Of a stretch of 64,000 nt of DNA, positions 62,760 to 64,000 are shown piece by piece; within the stretch, counting starts at the first letter, position 1; each line of letters opens with the position of its first letter. Made by a program: the position numbers and the translations under genes. The notes under the pieces were generated by a model. It was not told where the DNA came from, ran no database searches, and saw nothing but the letters and a program-made list of their open reading frames with translations. The DNA comes from Epiperipatus broadwayi (taxonomy: Eukaryota > Animalia > Onychophora), in contig JAQFVV010000006.1 of the NCBI GenBank assembly GCA_028023455.1, forward strand, positions 9,052,001 through 9,116,000. The letters are read 5' to 3'.

Positions 62760-64000
62760 TTACGTAGCCCATTTTTTCGAGATCTCGAAGCATGTGTCCT
62801 TTCTGTTAATGGCATGGATGTCTCTATTAATATAGAATGCCTCCTTTATTTTTCTCCTGTAATCATTTGGCTCTGAACATAAAATAATGGGGTTGGCAGG
62901 TATGAAGTTGTGCCCAGATTGTTTACTATGTTCGAAAAATACGGAGGATGTGTTGCTGTTCGTTTGAGCTCTGTTGAATGTGTAACGATGTTGAGCCAAT
63001 CTGGTATTAATTGTGGCTTTCGTTTCCCCATAATATGTAGCGTGGCATCCGGCTTGAGGGCAGGAAATAGAGTACACCACGTGTGGGGTGAGCGATCGAT
63101 CAATGTGGTCTTTAGAGTTATTGATCAACCTATTGGAATTGGGTGGAGTTCTGAATATTATGTTGAATTTATTGTTTAAAGTTTTCGTTAGTTTGCTGGA
63201 TATTTTAGGGATGTAGGGGATTGTTATTCTAGGTAGATTAGTGCGAGGTAATTTATTGTTTATTGTACTATTAAATTTCATGATTTTCTTTTTAATGGTT
63301 TTATATTTGAATCCTGCTGCCAATAGATCTTTAGTATAATTGTTTATATTTTCCTTCCTATGTGCTTCGTATTTACACAGATGAAAGTTTCTAAACAAAA
63401 ATGCATTAAGACCTGCAAATTTGTGCGATGCGGGTGAGTTAGAGTTAGGGTGGATACAGCTGCGAATTTCAAATGGTTTAACAATCATTTTGTAATCTAT
63501 TGAGTGGCGATTTCTCGATAAAGAGAGGTCGAGATATTTGAGTTCTTTATTATTTTCATATGTGATAGTGAATGATAGTTTGGTTGAGTTTTGTAATTCA
63601 CGTTGTATATTTAAAATATTATTTTTAGAGGTTATGATGAAAATATCGTCTACATATCGTATATATATGAAGTCTAGGTTAGTGTTGAAGTATTTTGGAA
63701 TGATGGATTGCTCGTATTTATTTAAATATATACTAGATAAAACACCACTAATAGGAAGGCCCATGGGCCAACCATCTTGCATTGTGTACCATTTGTTTTC
63801 GAAGAGTGTAAATATATGGGAATCAAGCCATGTCAAGAAGGCCATAATAAATTTAATTCTTTCATTAGGACAAGATACTCGTAACAGCTCTTTGTGTATA
63901 ATTTGGATGGATGCTTTTCTATTAATTGATCCGTATAATTCCTTCACATCCATCGTAGCCATAACAGAACTATGAGAGATTTGAGTATTTTTAATTCTGG
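62760..64000 (-). CDS. Penelope-like element RT plus GIY-YIG endonuclease ORF (5' end outside the window)
   Basis: Uninterrupted for more than 400 aa, with TMDVKELYGSI, GWPMGLPISGVLSSIYL, RYVDDIF, KYLDL, VYSISCPQAGCHATYYGETKATINTRLAQHR and RRKIKEAFYI. The frame stays open from 63962 to the window end. Confidence 0.95.
   Translation of the reverse strand, partial: RIKNTQISHSSVMATMDVKELYGSINRKASIQIIHKELLRVSCPNERIKFIMAFLTWLDSHIFTLFENKWYTMQDGWPMGLPISGVLSSIYLNKYEQSIIPKYFNTNLDFIYIRYVDDIFIITSKNNILNIQRELQNSTKLSFTITYENNKELKYLDLSLSRNRHSIDYKMIVKPFEIRSCIHPNSNSPASHKFAGLNAFLFRNFHLCKYEAHRKENINNYTKDLLAAGFKYKTIKKKIMKFNSTINNKLPRTNLPRITIPYIPKISSKLTKTLNNKFNIIFRTPPNSNRLINNSKDHIDRSLTPHVVYSISCPQAGCHATYYGETKATINTRLAQHRYTFNRAQTNSNTSSVFFEHSKQSGHNFIPANPIILCSEPNDYRRKIKEAFYINRDIHAINRKDTCFEISKKWAT

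Noticed and set aside
62910-63975. Plus-strand ORFs of 89 and 145 aa
   Set aside because: Antisense shadows of the PLE ORF.

Overview
Very AT-rich eukaryotic (invertebrate-like metazoan, by inference) genomic DNA with a 500-N assembly gap (14656-15155). Almost all listed six-frame ORFs are noise or transposon fragments. Two 69-bp, phase-compatible exons (721-789, 12703-12771) encode a WD40 segment resembling CFAP251/WDR66, so most of the window is probably intron of that gene. The rest is dominated by mobile DNA: Gypsy (Mag-like) LTR elements, RTE and other LINE remnants, three Penelope-like elements (PLEs, one with an uninterrupted RT plus GIY-YIG ORF running off the window end), Tigger/pogo and hAT/Buster remnants, MITEs, a tRNA-like SINE family, tandem arrays, a 2.6-kb local duplication and about a dozen long fold-back repeats. 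The most notable signal is a set of minimal type I hammerhead ribozyme (HHR) motifs with palindromic helix III, from at least five sequence families. They sit in PLE 3' ends and in short non-coding, tandem or inverted, retrozyme-like elements. Two unrelated families carry a covariant A3-U8 core instead of the canonical C3-G8. One ribozyme-element insertion can be delimited exactly against an empty paralogous site. All ribozyme calls come from reading motifs and base-pairing by eye; activity is untested.
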